The position numbers were made by a program, and so were the translations under genes. A DNA stretch of 62,626 nt, counting the filler, from Mycoplasmatota bacterium (lineage in GTDB: Bacteria; Bacillota_I; Bacilli_A; RF39; UBA660), in assembly GCA_012727915.1 (NCBI GenBank). It is 7 parts of 7 records of this genome, joined end to end, with 100 filler letters (N's around TTAATTAATTAA, not from the genome) between each part and the next. Parts side by side here need not be neighbours in the genome. Positions count along the whole stretch, not along the records: positions 9,916 to 19,524 come from JAAYGD010000034.1; positions 19,625 to 29,378 come from JAAYGD010000035.1; 5 more parts are not named here. One strand, written 5' to 3'. A model generated the notes under the pieces. The model was not told the origin of the DNA, did not search any database, and saw only the letters and a list, made by a program, of their open reading frames with translations. Positions 9,918 through 20,293 of the stretch are shown piece after piece. How positions within the stretch are numbered: the first letter of the stretch is position 1; each line of letters opens with the position of its first letter.

Positions 9918-10346
9918 GAAAAGACTACTTTTCATATACCTGGTGATATTATTTTAATAAATGATTTTATTAGAAAATATGATTTAGATAACTTATATGG
10001 ATTGGATTATGTATTTATGCCCTTTGTTAAAACACCAGATAATCAAAGAAGTGATGTTGGAAGTTTATTTGTAAGAAATGATAGAAATAATTCTCCTTTA
10101 TTAGAACAACAGCGAGTATCAATTATGTCAAAGGCAAGTCAGTATGAATCCAGTGACTTTAATTTTACTATTAGAACTTCTAATGGAGAAAGATTACCTA
10201 GTAATGATCCAAAAGAAGTAATTGAATTTGATACTGAAGACAAGGCTAGGATGGCAAGCACAATAATAAAAGGATTACCATCATTAACTGATGCTGAATT
10301 AAAAGAAATACAAGATAGTATTATGACAAATACTAGAAATAAATAA
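9918..10346 (+). CDS. Hypothetical protein, 5'-truncated
   Basis: The frame of ORF 10002..10346 stays open to the contig edge. Confidence 0.6.
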   Translation, partial: EKTTFHIPGDIILINDFIRKYDLDNLYGLDYVFMPFVKTPDNQRSDVGSLFVRNDRNNSPLLEQQRVSIMSKASQYESSDFNFTIRTSNGERLPSNDPKEVIEFDTEDKARMASTIIKGLPSLTDAELKEIQDSIMTNTRNK

Positions 10347-10355
10347 GGAGGTATT

Positions 10356-10520
10356 ATGTATAATAAGAATCTAAAGAAGTCTATATACAATTTAAATCCA
10401 ATAGACAAGTATGAATTAAAATTAGAACTATCTAGGAAGATGCTTGATCAAGTAATGGGTCTTGTTGGAGAAATAAAAGAAGATGTTGTTAAGAAGTTAG
10501 CAAAAAATCCAAAAAAATAA
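10356..10520 (+). CDS. Small hypothetical protein (54 aa), not in the ORF track
   Basis: RBS AGGAGG; MYNKNLKKSIYNLNPIDKYELKLELSRKMLDQVMGLVGEIKEDVVKKLAKNPKK*; fills the gap between two same-strand genes. Confidence 0.65.
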   Translation: MYNKNLKKSIYNLNPIDKYELKLELSRKMLDQVMGLVGEIKEDVVKKLAKNPKK

Positions 10521-10536
10521 TTTGAATGGGGGAAAA

Positions 10537-11163
10537 ATGAACAAGTATAAAGAAGCATGGGATAAGATTCATAAACAATATTTTACTGGTACTATAAAGA
10601 CTGATGACTGGTTAAATAAATATGATGATATTATAAATTCAAGTAATGAAGAAGTAATAGATTTAGGCTGTGGAACAGGTAATAATTCATTATACTTATT
10701 GGAAAGAGGTAAACACGTTATAGCGTGTGATTATTCTGATGAAGCAATGAGAATAGTTAAAGAACATTTGCCAACAATAAAAACAAAACAATTTGATATG
10801 ACTGAAACCTTTCCTTTTGAAGATAATTTTACTGATTTAGTTATTGCAGATTTGTGTTTGCATTATTTTTCTAATGAAGACACTATTAAAATATTAAAGG
10901 AATTAAAGAGAGTAATAATTCCTAATAGTAATTTAATATTTAGAGTTAATTCAGTAAATGATGTTAATCATGGCGCAATGCAAGGAAAAAAGATAGAAGA
11001 ACATTATTATGAATTATCAGATATGAGAAAAAGATTCTTTGATAGAGAAGATTTTAATAAATATTTTAATGATTGGGATATTGTCGACTTAAATGAAGAT
11101 GTAATGACAAGATATGTTAAACCTAAAATACTATGGAAGGGTTTAGTAAAAAATATAAAGTAA
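10537..11163 (+). CDS. Class I SAM-dependent methyltransferase
   Basis: VIDLGCGTG motif I, ACDYS, DLVIADLCLHYF. Confidence 0.88.
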   Translation: MNKYKEAWDKIHKQYFTGTIKTDDWLNKYDDIINSSNEEVIDLGCGTGNNSLYLLERGKHVIACDYSDEAMRIVKEHLPTIKTKQFDMTETFPFEDNFTDLVIADLCLHYFSNEDTIKILKELKRVIIPNSNLIFRVNSVNDVNHGAMQGKKIEEHYYELSDMRKRFFDREDFNKYFNDWDIVDLNEDVMTRYVKPKILWKGLVKNIK

Positions 11164-11303
11164 ATAAAAAAAATAAATATAAAATCATTAATTAGTAGCA
11201 TAAATAATGGCATCTGCGTAAAAAAGTTGCCATTTTTTGACATAATTAGACATTTTTTGCAATGATGTGTTATAGTTAAAATACCAGAAAGGAGTGGATT
11301 TTT

Positions 11304-11672
11304 ATTAAAAGAGTAATTAAAAGTACTGAAATTAATGAAGGCAATGGATTCGTTGTAATATTTCCTACACTTATAAATACAATAACAGGAATTATTGAAT
11401 CACTATTGTTAATTAGACTTATTTTAAAATTATTTGGTGCTAATGCACAAAATGCATTCGTTAATTTCATATACTCAGTATCCGCATTTTTCGCAAGACC
11501 TTTTATGAATATATTTAAGAATGTTGAAATAAAAGAAAACATGATTTTAGAAATAAACACAATTATTGCAATGATAGTTTATGCTTTAATAGCGTGGATT
11601 ATTATAAGTATATTTAGAAATTTAAACAATAAAGAAGTGAAAGAAGAAATTGTAGATATTCATCATGAATAA
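11304..11672 (+). CDS. YggT-family membrane protein (probable ATT start at 11304; first canonical start is TTG 11406)
   Basis: LLIRLILKLFGAN...FVNFIYSVSAFFARPF...IF pattern; RBS AAAGGAG at 11288-11294. Confidence 0.7.
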   Translation: MKRVIKSTEINEGNGFVVIFPTLINTITGIIESLLLIRLILKLFGANAQNAFVNFIYSVSAFFARPFMNIFKNVEIKENMILEINTIIAMIVYALIAWIIISIFRNLNNKEVKEEIVDIHHE

Positions 11673-11699
11673 GGATTAGTTATTAACTAATCCTTTTTT
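11672..11699 (+). terminator. Intrinsic terminator
   Basis: AGGATTAGTT-att-AACTAATCCT followed by T-run. Confidence 0.75.
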
Positions 11700-11761
11700 A
11701 AATATTATATATTTGATTTTTTAAAAATAGATAGTATAATAAAAAATATAAGGAGCATATA

Positions 11762-12709
11762 ATGGAAAATAAGAAAATAACCAAGAATTTATATTGTGTT
11801 ATTTTAATGGGTTTGGTATTGTTTCTATCTTTATTTTGCTTGTACTTATTAAATGATAAATATGAATGGATTACCAACAATAAAGTTGAAAATACAATTG
11901 AAAATGTTATTAATGAAACAGAAGAAAAAGAAGAAAAAATAAACGATTTGTTTTATAATCAAAGAGCATTTTTAGATGAGATTGGAGAAAGTTCTAATAT
12001 TGATTTTGCAAAAACATTATCACCTTCTGAACAGACTATTAAAGATACATTTTTGAGTAAAATAAATCCTATAAATCTATCTTTAGAAAACAATATTAAA
12101 TTAAAAACAGATTCTTTATTAAATCAAAGCAGTATATCTTCTGACGATGTTTATAAATTAAGAAGAGAAATGATTTTATCAGCTGATAGTTATAATATAG
12201 CTTTAGGTAATTTAGCAAATGATACAAAAGGTTATGAATTGTTTACAATTATTACATATCAAGCACCTTTAATAGGTTATTATTATTTTGATGGTATTGA
12301 AGGAACTTATTTAATAGAAGTAAATTATGCTTATTTATATAATGTTATGAAAGAAAAATTAACACCTTCCACTAGAGCTTATTGTATTTTAAAAAACGAA
12401 GTATTTAAATATAATAATAGCAATTATCTTTATAAAGATGGTGGTTTAGGAATTACTTGGAATGAATTTAAAGAAGTGATATTACTATATGACGATTATG
12501 TAAAAAAATATCCTAATGAAACAGAAGTTAATAAAGAATATAAAACATTATTTGATATATATATAGGTATTATTGAATTACCAAATACTCCAATATATGA
12601 GAATAATATTATTAAAGAAGAGGTATTAATTACTTATAAAGATATTATAGATAATCATAAAGATTTTACTAAATATGGAGAATTAAAAAACAAATATGAA
12701 AACGATTAA
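11762..12709 (+). CDS. Hypothetical membrane-anchored/secreted protein
   Basis: N-terminal hydrophobic helix; RBS AAGGAG; hairpin terminator at about 12711-12738. Confidence 0.7.
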   Translation: MENKKITKNLYCVILMGLVLFLSLFCLYLLNDKYEWITNNKVENTIENVINETEEKEEKINDLFYNQRAFLDEIGESSNIDFAKTLSPSEQTIKDTFLSKINPINLSLENNIKLKTDSLLNQSSISSDDVYKLRREMILSADSYNIALGNLANDTKGYELFTIITYQAPLIGYYYFDGIEGTYLIEVNYAYLYNVMKEKLTPSTRAYCILKNEVFKYNNSNYLYKDGGLGITWNEFKEVILLYDDYVKKYPNETEVNKEYKTLFDIYIGIIELPNTPIYENNIIKEEVLITYKDIIDNHKDFTKYGELKNKYEND

Positions 12710-12777
12710 TAGAACTTAATTATTTAAGTTCTTTTTCTTTACTAATATAATAATAAGAGTATAATAATACATAAATT

Positions 12778-13065
12778 ATGGGAGAAGAAATGGAAGAAAA
12801 GTCATTGTTTGATTGTGAAGTTGGAGATATATTTACAATAAACAGAATAGAAGAAAATGATTCAACAAAGAATTATTTGTATTCATTAGGATTCTTAAAA
12901 AATGTAGATGTATTAGTATTACAAAAGTATGGAGATAGTGTAGTAATAAAAATATTTGAATCCAGATTGGGAATAGAATCAAATATTTCATCTAACATAT
13001 ATGGACATATAAAAGAAAATAATAAATCTAATCCGCATTCTAAATCTAAAAGAAAAGATCAATAA
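12778..13065 (+). CDS. FeoA-domain protein (stand-alone)
   Basis: SLFDCEVGD..I..I...YLYSLGF...V.VLQK...VVIKIFESRLGI pattern; no feoB adjacent. Confidence 0.7.
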   Translation: MGEEMEEKSLFDCEVGDIFTINRIEENDSTKNYLYSLGFLKNVDVLVLQKYGDSVVIKIFESRLGIESNISSNIYGHIKENNKSNPHSKSKRKDQ

Positions 13066-13122
13066 ATAAAAGTATATACAAATATTTTTTTTTGATATAA
13101 TAAATTTGTTTTTGGGGGTATT

Positions 13123-13653
13123 ATGAAAATTAATTATGATTTAATGGATAAAGTTATTACTGCTAATAACAAAATTAACCATAAGAAAAATCTTTTATTT
13201 GAATTAAAAAATGCTCATAAAGCATTATTAATTACATATTTGATAACCAGAATATTTGGAGATTCTAACAAGATTGTGTTAAAAGAAGGTATGTTTATTA
13301 CTTTAGGAATAGTATCTTTAAGATTATTGCTTAATACACTCAATCAATATAAAAAATTAAATATGAATGAGAATAGTGAAGATGCAAAATATGATCTATA
13401 TTTTTTAGTAGATAATATTAATAAAACATTTAATGAAAGTATTGATTCCCAATCAATAGAAAAAGCAAAAGTTGAAAAAGTTAGATATAAACCTATAATA
13501 ATAAATGGCTTGCCTGCTTTAAAACAAAATAAATATATATCTGTGCCATCTTATTCTGAATTAAATAACTTTGGAACCACTTCAATTCTTCAAGAACATG
13601 TCTTGTCTTCTTATGAATATGAATTAACAATAAATAAAAAAAAGAATCACTAA
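13123..13653 (+). CDS. Hypothetical protein with hydrophobic segments
   Basis: 176-aa ORF with RBS GGGGG and TGATATAAT promoter upstream. Confidence 0.6.
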   Translation: MKINYDLMDKVITANNKINHKKNLLFELKNAHKALLITYLITRIFGDSNKIVLKEGMFITLGIVSLRLLLNTLNQYKKLNMNENSEDAKYDLYFLVDNINKTFNESIDSQSIEKAKVEKVRYKPIIINGLPALKQNKYISVPSYSELNNFGTTSILQEHVLSSYEYELTINKKKNH

Positions 13654-14201
13654 TCATGTAATTCTTTTTTTAATTGTTGCGGTATATCTCGTTTTATTTC
13701 CATTGGATTTATATATGATGTTTCTATATATCCACAATTAGTGCATTCTCTCGTCCACTTAACATTTAAAAAGAATTTATCTTCTTCAAAATCTTTTTTA
13801 TCAATCCATTCTGTTTTAATCCAACCACTATTATTAAATTGATGCCCTTTTTCTCCACATTTAGTAATGTTTTCAAATTCTTCCATTTCTTCAATAGAAT
13901 CTAACAAATCTGGAAATATAGCGTGCATAACTTTTTCTTGACTAGAAGAAGAAAGATTTTTTAATTTATTTAACATATCAACAATATAATCTTTTTTTAT
14001 TTTATCCTCTAAACTATAAGCATAATCAGTTATTATTTCTCTTAATTCCTTTGATGCTACTATATCATAATTATCTGTTTTGTCTTGAGAAATCTCATTA
14101 AAATATAAATTATCTAATAGTGCTTTTGTAAATTCCAGTTGATCATTAGGTTCCATATCAATCAATTCATTAATTAAATATTGTTTTTTTTCTAAGCTCA
14201 T
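13650..14201 (-). CDS. Hypothetical protein with possible C-terminal Zn-ribbon
   Basis: RBS AGGAGG; CGEKGH...RECTNCG. Confidence 0.65.
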   Translation of the reverse strand: MSLEKKQYLINELIDMEPNDQLEFTKALLDNLYFNEISQDKTDNYDIVASKELREIITDYAYSLEDKIKKDYIVDMLNKLKNLSSSSQEKVMHAIFPDLLDSIEEMEEFENITKCGEKGHQFNNSGWIKTEWIDKKDFEEDKFFLNVKWTRECTNCGYIETSYINPMEIKRDIPQQLKKELHD

Positions 14202-14313
14202 ATTTCCTCCTTATATATTTATTATACAATATATTTATTGACAAAAGACAATATAGTGATACTATAATAATTAAATTATTAATTAATGGAGGAATATATA
14301 TACAGATATTGAT

Positions 14314-15129
14314 TTGAATAATAAAAAGTATGATGTATTGGATGAATTAGAAAAAGTAGTTAAACCTGTTTTTAATACTAATATAGATAGATGTTGGTAT
14401 TATGTAAATACAACTGGGTATTTAACTGATAAAAATGGAGAATTTCTTAGTTTTTATAATACTCAATCTAATTATGAAAGCGCGGAAAAAAAAGCATATG
14501 AAGACGGAGTAAAAGAAGCAAACGAGTATAATTCGGCTTTAAATATTAAGTTAGTAAATATTGCTAAAGAACATTTAAAATCAAATTTAAAAAAAGCTCA
14601 AGCACTATACTTAATTTTAGAAAACAAAAATATAAATATTGATTTAGGATTATTCTTGTTTGAAACACAATATAATATATTTTCAAATGACGCTAATAAT
14701 AATATTTCTTCATGGAATACAGTAAAAAATAAAATTATGCTTGCTATTGATTTCTTAATTTCAATTCAGAAATTAAGATATGATGGTGATGATTTAGAAC
14801 CAACAAAGTTTTTATTTGAGGCATTATCTGAAGATAAAAGCGGAAGTGAGTATAAAACACATATATTAGTAACTTATATAAAGGAATTAAAGAAAAAAGT
14901 GGATGATAAAACATATGAAAGCCATGTAATAAATTTATTAAGAGAAGGTTATAATCAAAAGTTGCTTGATGATATAAATAAAGAATCCGACCTAATGAAA
15001 ATAGCGGATACTCAAATATTGAGTGATGCGGAGAAGAATCCAATTATATCATCTGTTATGGATAAATATGGTCAAAAAAAATTAAGTCTTTACACTAAAT
15101 ATGTTAGTAATAGTTTTTTTAAATATTGA
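14314..15129 (+). CDS. Hypothetical protein
   Basis: 271-aa ORF followed by terminator AAGCGAT-aata-ATCGCTT plus T-run. Confidence 0.6.
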   Translation: MNNKKYDVLDELEKVVKPVFNTNIDRCWYYVNTTGYLTDKNGEFLSFYNTQSNYESAEKKAYEDGVKEANEYNSALNIKLVNIAKEHLKSNLKKAQALYLILENKNINIDLGLFLFETQYNIFSNDANNNISSWNTVKNKIMLAIDFLISIQKLRYDGDDLEPTKFLFEALSEDKSGSEYKTHILVTYIKELKKKVDDKTYESHVINLLREGYNQKLLDDINKESDLMKIADTQILSDAEKNPIISSVMDKYGQKKLSLYTKYVSNSFFKY

Positions 15130-15263
15130 TAATTAAATGAATAAGCGATAATAATCGCTTGTTTTTATTTGTTGAAAAATAATATGATATAATTTTTATA
15201 TAATTTTATGAATAGATATTTAAAAAATAAGAAAACAATATTATTAATATGGAGGTATTTTAT

Positions 15264-16451
15264 ATGTATGATGTAATTGTAATCGGAGGGGGACCTTCAG
15301 GAATGATAGCAAGCATTAAAGCTTCAATTAATAATAAAGTTCTATTAATAGAGAAAAACGAATCCTTAGGAAAAAAGCTTAAACTAACTGGTGGAGGAAG
15401 ATGTAATTTAACTAATTTAAAAAGTATAGATTATTTTATGAAAGAAATACCAATAAATAATAAGTTTTTATATAGTTCACTTAATAAATTTGGACCTAAT
15501 GACATTTATGAATATTTTACTAATCTTGGAGTACCTTTAAAAATAGAAGAAGATGATAAAGTTTTTCCAATGAGTGATAAATCAACAAGTATAATTGAAG
15601 CGTTAAATAAAGAGATGATATTAAATAATGTTGATATAAAATATAATGAAAAAGTAATATCAATAATAAATAAAGATAGTTATAAAGAAATAATTACTAA
15701 TAAAGATAAATATAAAACCAAAAAGGTAATAATTACAACAGGAGGATTAAGTTATCCTAATACAGGATCAACTGGAGATGGGTATAAATTTGCTAAAGAT
15801 TTAAATCAAGAAATAACAACTCTTTATCCGGCAGAAACGTATTTAATAACAAAAGAAACATTATCTTTAGCGGGAATTACATTAGATAATGTTAGAATAA
15901 ATTATAATAAAAAAAGAATAGAAGGCTCATTATTATTTACTCATAATGGTTTGAGTGGACCTTCTATATTTAAAGTTAGTGAATTTGTATATAAAGATTT
16001 AATAAATAATAAATATATTACTTTATCTATTGATATGGTTCCTAATTATAACGATAATGAACTATTTAATAAATTAAATGAATATGATCAAAAAAAAGAA
16101 GTAATAAGTTTTCTTAAAGAATTTATACCTAAAAGATTAATTGAATACATTTATAAAGAAATAGATACTAATAAAAAAATAGTTAATATATCTAAAATAG
16201 ATAAACAAAAAATAATAAGTATGTTAAAGGAATTTAAATTAGAAATAAAAGAAACTGGCTCTATAGATAATGCTTTTATTACTGGAGGTGGAGTAAGTAT
16301 TAAATATATTAATCCAAAAACTATGGAATCAACTATACATAAAGATATTTATTTTGCTGGTGAAATATTAGATGTTCACGGATATACTGGAGGTTACAAT
16401 TTAACAATAGCTTTTAGTACTGGTTATGTAGCGGGAATTAGTTGCAATTAA
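15264..16451 (+). CDS. HI0933/BaiN-family NAD(P)/FAD-dependent flavoprotein
   Basis: VIGGGPSG, GKKLKLTGGGRCNLTN, TGGLSYPNTGSTGDGY, LFTHNGLSGP, GEILDVHGYTGGYN. Confidence 0.93.
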   Translation: MYDVIVIGGGPSGMIASIKASINNKVLLIEKNESLGKKLKLTGGGRCNLTNLKSIDYFMKEIPINNKFLYSSLNKFGPNDIYEYFTNLGVPLKIEEDDKVFPMSDKSTSIIEALNKEMILNNVDIKYNEKVISIINKDSYKEIITNKDKYKTKKVIITTGGLSYPNTGSTGDGYKFAKDLNQEITTLYPAETYLITKETLSLAGITLDNVRINYNKKRIEGSLLFTHNGLSGPSIFKVSEFVYKDLINNKYITLSIDMVPNYNDNELFNKLNEYDQKKEVISFLKEFIPKRLIEYIYKEIDTNKKIVNISKIDKQKIISMLKEFKLEIKETGSIDNAFITGGGVSIKYINPKTMESTIHKDIYFAGEILDVHGYTGGYNLTIAFSTGYVAGISCN

Positions 16452-16640
16452 AAAGGAATTTTATGATTGTTTAATGAAAATGAAGTTGTCTAAAGTTTAT
16501 TCAGCTTTTTTTATAATTTCTAATTTTTTACATAAAACAAAAATTAATTTCTTTTATTTGTTAATATAATTTGATATATAATTGATTAATAAAAATCATT
16601 ATGTTATTATATAATTATAAAAATAATAGGAGGAAATTAT

Positions 16641-16970
16641 ATGGCTATGAATAACATGATGATGGCTGATGGTGGCGGCAGTGGTGGTTATGGGACTAAA
16701 GTTGATTGGATTAAGTTGAAAGAGGTTGGTACTGACACAGTAAATTATGCACAAAATGATATTTCTTCAAAAATTGAAGAACTAAAAAATTTAAAAAGTC
16801 AAACTGTATGGGAAGGCGAAGACAAAGATAAAGTAATGCAACAATATGACAATTTAATGAATGATTTACAAAAGTTGGCACAAATGATTGCAAAATATGG
16901 AGCATTTACTATAGGAGTAGCTGACACATATCAAAATGCATCAACAAAAATAAAGAATATGATGAGTTAG
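16641..16970 (+). CDS. WXG100-family (EsxA-like) protein
   Basis: 109 aa, helical-hairpin pattern with central WEG (TVWEGEDKDK) and C-terminal VADTYQNAS; RBS AGGAGG. Confidence 0.75.
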   Translation: MAMNNMMMADGGGSGGYGTKVDWIKLKEVGTDTVNYAQNDISSKIEELKNLKSQTVWEGEDKDKVMQQYDNLMNDLQKLAQMIAKYGAFTIGVADTYQNASTKIKNMMS

Positions 16971-16982
16971 AGGGAGGATAAA

Positions 16983-17342
16983 ATGAACGAGAATAATAGT
17001 AGTATATCTGGTACTGGAGTATTAATTAACAGTGCAAGTGTTGACAAATTAGGCAAAGATATAAGAACAAAAACTGAAGAATTGCTATCTATGATTAAAA
17101 CTGTTGAAGAAAAACTTAATAGTAGTGTTAATTACTATAATAGTCCTTCTGCAACAGAATTTAGAAATAAAATTCAAAATTTTACAGAAAAGGCAGAAGC
17201 CGAATCAAAGAAAACCTTGGAAAATGTTGCAAATTTCTTTGAAAGTGTAGCAAGACAATATAAAGTAATTGATGAAGAAATAATTTCTTTAGAATCAAAA
17301 TATTTAACTAATGATTCTGGACTTTTTGAAACTGTTGAATAA
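16983..17342 (+). CDS. WXG100-like protein (degenerate motif)
   Basis: 119 aa; central YYNSPSATEFRNK at the WXG position; C-terminal VARQYKVIDEE; RBS GGAGG. Confidence 0.65.
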   Translation: MNENNSSISGTGVLINSASVDKLGKDIRTKTEELLSMIKTVEEKLNSSVNYYNSPSATEFRNKIQNFTEKAEAESKKTLENVANFFESVARQYKVIDEEIISLESKYLTNDSGLFETVE

Positions 17343-17352
17343 GGCATAAGAT

Positions 17353-17661
17353 ATGGATCAATTTAGCGGATTTGTTAAAACAAGAGAACTAAATAAAGCA
17401 CAACAATTGGATACAAGTATAGAATTGTTAAAAGCTTCTAAGGAAACCCTCTTTAATTCAAAAGAAAAATTAAAAAAACTTAATGATGAATCATTAGAAA
17501 AAATTATTGTTGATCTTGATACACAAATTAACAATTTTGAAACTAGAATTTCTGAAATTTCTGCATTAAGAACAAAAATCGAAAAAGCCGCAAATACAAT
17601 TGAAATAGAAAGGCAAGCCGAAATAGAGAGGCTTGCTAAATTAGAAGTACCAGCTTTGTAA
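17353..17661 (+). CDS. Small alpha-helical/coiled-coil protein, putative T7SS effector partner
   Basis: 102 aa with heptad pattern; lies between the WXG100 pair and the large protein. Confidence 0.55.
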   Translation: MDQFSGFVKTRELNKAQQLDTSIELLKASKETLFNSKEKLKKLNDESLEKIIVDLDTQINNFETRISEISALRTKIEKAANTIEIERQAEIERLAKLEVPAL

Positions 17662-17715
17662 TTTTAAAAAAATCTAACAATATTTGATTTGTAAAATATG
17701 TTTTTGGAGTTGTCT

Positions 17716-19524
17716 ATGACAGAAATAAATTTAAAAGATTATGAAGAAGCAGGGATTGATTATGCTTCTGTTTCTGATAACCTTTCTAAGGTTATCAATA
17801 ATATTAATGGTGTAATAGACAAGTTACATTATAAAGTGAAGAACATCGTTACTGACGATGTTTCTTCAATTATGACTAAATTGAATATTGATAAATCTAA
17901 TATTGATTTAACTAGTGAAAATATAGCTTTAATTTATATAATATATCTTGGTGCTATTAATTCTATTGAAATAGATTTTGGTAATTTAGAAGACATTTTT
18001 TCTAATATTGATTTATTAAAACTTGGAGAAAAAATGGATCCTGAAACATATATACAGTTTTTAAGTATGCTTGGATTTAGTTCTTCTAGAATAAAAGAAT
18101 TAATTGAGGAAAATAATCGTATATTAAATGAATTTAATAATAATTCAACAAGTGTTTTTATAGGTTCTGACAGTGCATTGCAACAAATATATAATGTAAA
18201 TTTTAATGCTTTAACTATTAACTTGGATTATGATGAAAATTCAAATTATAGTGTAAATGGTAATTATGAGGGATTAAAAAGATTTGTTAATTTAACTCAA
18301 GACCGAATTGATATTATAAAAACATCGATGGATGAAGAGAACCCTGATTATAATTTATTTATAGAACAACAAAGAGGACTAGGTTATTTTTATGATACTT
18401 TTGATGGTAAAGATCTTACTGATAAAGAAAAATTCGAACTTTTATTATCTAATTTAGAAAATGGTGTAAGCTCTATAGAAAATGAAATTCAAAAAATGAG
18501 AAGTTTAGAATTACAAACTGTAAAACTACAAAACGCATTATATGGAGTAAACAGGTTTGAAGGGTTAGCTTCATTTGAAATTGAAAAAAATTCTGAGGGT
18601 TTTATTGAATTTTGTGAAACTAATGCTTCAAATGGTAATGAAGAACAGTTGTCTGTATTTTTAATTAATAAAGTTAAATCTTTTGCCCCCGATGAAGCAA
18701 ATCAAAATTATTTAATAGAACAAATAAATAAAGGTAACTATAGTGTTGTTGCATCATTGTTAGGTGGTTATGGATTTGGTGCTCAAAAATATATGTATTG
18801 GCCAAAAGATGATCAGGATAAAATGCAATTTGACTCTTTTACTACATTTTTAAATGAGGGACAAAGTTTATATTCTGTTGATAGCAAATATTTAACCGAA
18901 GAACAAAAGAATCTTTATATGTATTTTGTGTATAATGGTGAATTCGACAAAGCAAATAATTATTTTATTGCTTTAAAAGATGCGATAAACTCAAAAAAAG
19001 GTTATGAAGAAAAAGAAGATTTTAAACGAAGAATGGAAGAAAGCGGAGCTCCGCCTTTAACTGCTTTTGGAGAAGGTTTTGATGATGGAATAGAAGGTTT
19101 TTTTGAAGGAATAGTAAGTATTTTGGGATCGTCAAATATTAAGTCTCAAAACGATTATGCAAAATTATATAAAATGCAATATTTAATGGAACTTGCTGAA
19201 AAAGAAGGCGGATTAGAGAATTTTCTTTCTAATCATGGTTATAAATTTGGAGTTACAGCAGGAACTATTACTCCAACTATATTTCTTGCAGCTGCAACAG
19301 CAGGAACTAGTTGGGCAACGGCTGCTCCAACTCTTGCTTTTGGAGGGCAAATTTTTGGTACACAATTACATTATGATCATGTTAAGAATGGAGAACTAGA
19401 TTTTGGATCATATTTTTATGCAGGTATTTATGCTTTAACTGAAGTAGTAACTGAAAGAGTATTAGGTGGTTTACCGGGTTTATCAAATTCACAATCAGGA
19501 ATAATAACTAGAATGTTGAACGAA
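17716..19524 (+). CDS. Large putative T7SS effector / polymorphic toxin, 3'-truncated
   Basis: RBS GGAG then MTEINLK; about 90-aa helical N-terminus; distal part aligns by eye with the centre of 2846..6475. Confidence 0.65.
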
Positions 19525-19624
19525 NNNNNNNNNNNNNNNNNNNNNNNNNNNNNNNNNNNNNNNNNNNNTTAATTAATTAANNNNNNNNNNNNNNNNNNNN
19601 NNNNNNNNNNNNNNNNNNNNNNNN
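19525..19624. other. Artificial contig linker
   Basis: N-TTAATTAATTAA-N. Confidence 0.98.
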
Positions 19625-19752
19625 GATACATTAAAAAGAGATATAGAAAAATTAATAGAATATAAATTAGAAAAAGTATCTATAATTGATATGTTCCCGA
19701 ATACTTATCATATAGAAACAATTTGCTTATTAACTCAAAAACAGGAGAATTA

Positions 19753-20208
19753 ATGAAAAAAGAAATATTTGTTTTTAAAAGTTCTATTTTAATTGCTTGG
19801 ATAATGTTTTTATCAATAATTTCCATGAGTTATTATGAATTATTCCAATCTTCTTACTTAAATAGTAATAAAATGAATTTAGTTCTTTATAGTTTGGTTA
19901 TATTATATACAATATCATTTATATTCTTTTCATTTATATTATTTAATATAAACAAATTATTAAATAAAAACATTGCTGAAATTTGTTCTAAATCATCAAT
20001 ACCTTCTATAAATATTATGATTAATCTTTCAAAAATAATGGCTTTTATTCATTTTATTTCTATACCATTATTTTATATTATAGGAGAAGTTGATGATGCA
20101 GCTGGTTTAATAATTATTGGTTTAATACTATTTTCTTTTCCAATAATAATATTATCTATAGCGTCTTTCATAAAAAAAATTATATTAGTTCAAATAAAAA
20201 ATAAATAA
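19753..20208 (+). CDS. DUF2975-like four-TM membrane protein
   Basis: RBS AGGAG; four hydrophobic segments; IPLFYIIGEVDDAAGLIIIG motif. Confidence 0.65.
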   Translation: MKKEIFVFKSSILIAWIMFLSIISMSYYELFQSSYLNSNKMNLVLYSLVILYTISFIFFSFILFNINKLLNKNIAEICSKSSIPSINIMINLSKIMAFIHFISIPLFYIIGEVDDAAGLIIIGLILFSFPIIILSIASFIKKIILVQIKNK

Positions 20209-20293
20209 TTAAAAAAATTATTATATTAATATAAAATTTGTTTACTATTTACAATAATTAAATGTATGATATTATTAAATTAGGAGAGATAAT

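Noticed and set aside
11208..11240. GC-richer patch ATGGCATC...GTTGCCAT as a riboswitch
   Set aside because: Only a short imperfect inverted repeat followed by Ts; probably the methyltransferase terminator, with no recognisable aptamer
2846..19524. Idea that 17716..19524 and 2846..6475 are two halves of one split gene
   Set aside because: Both contain the same central domain in diverged form, so they are paralogs
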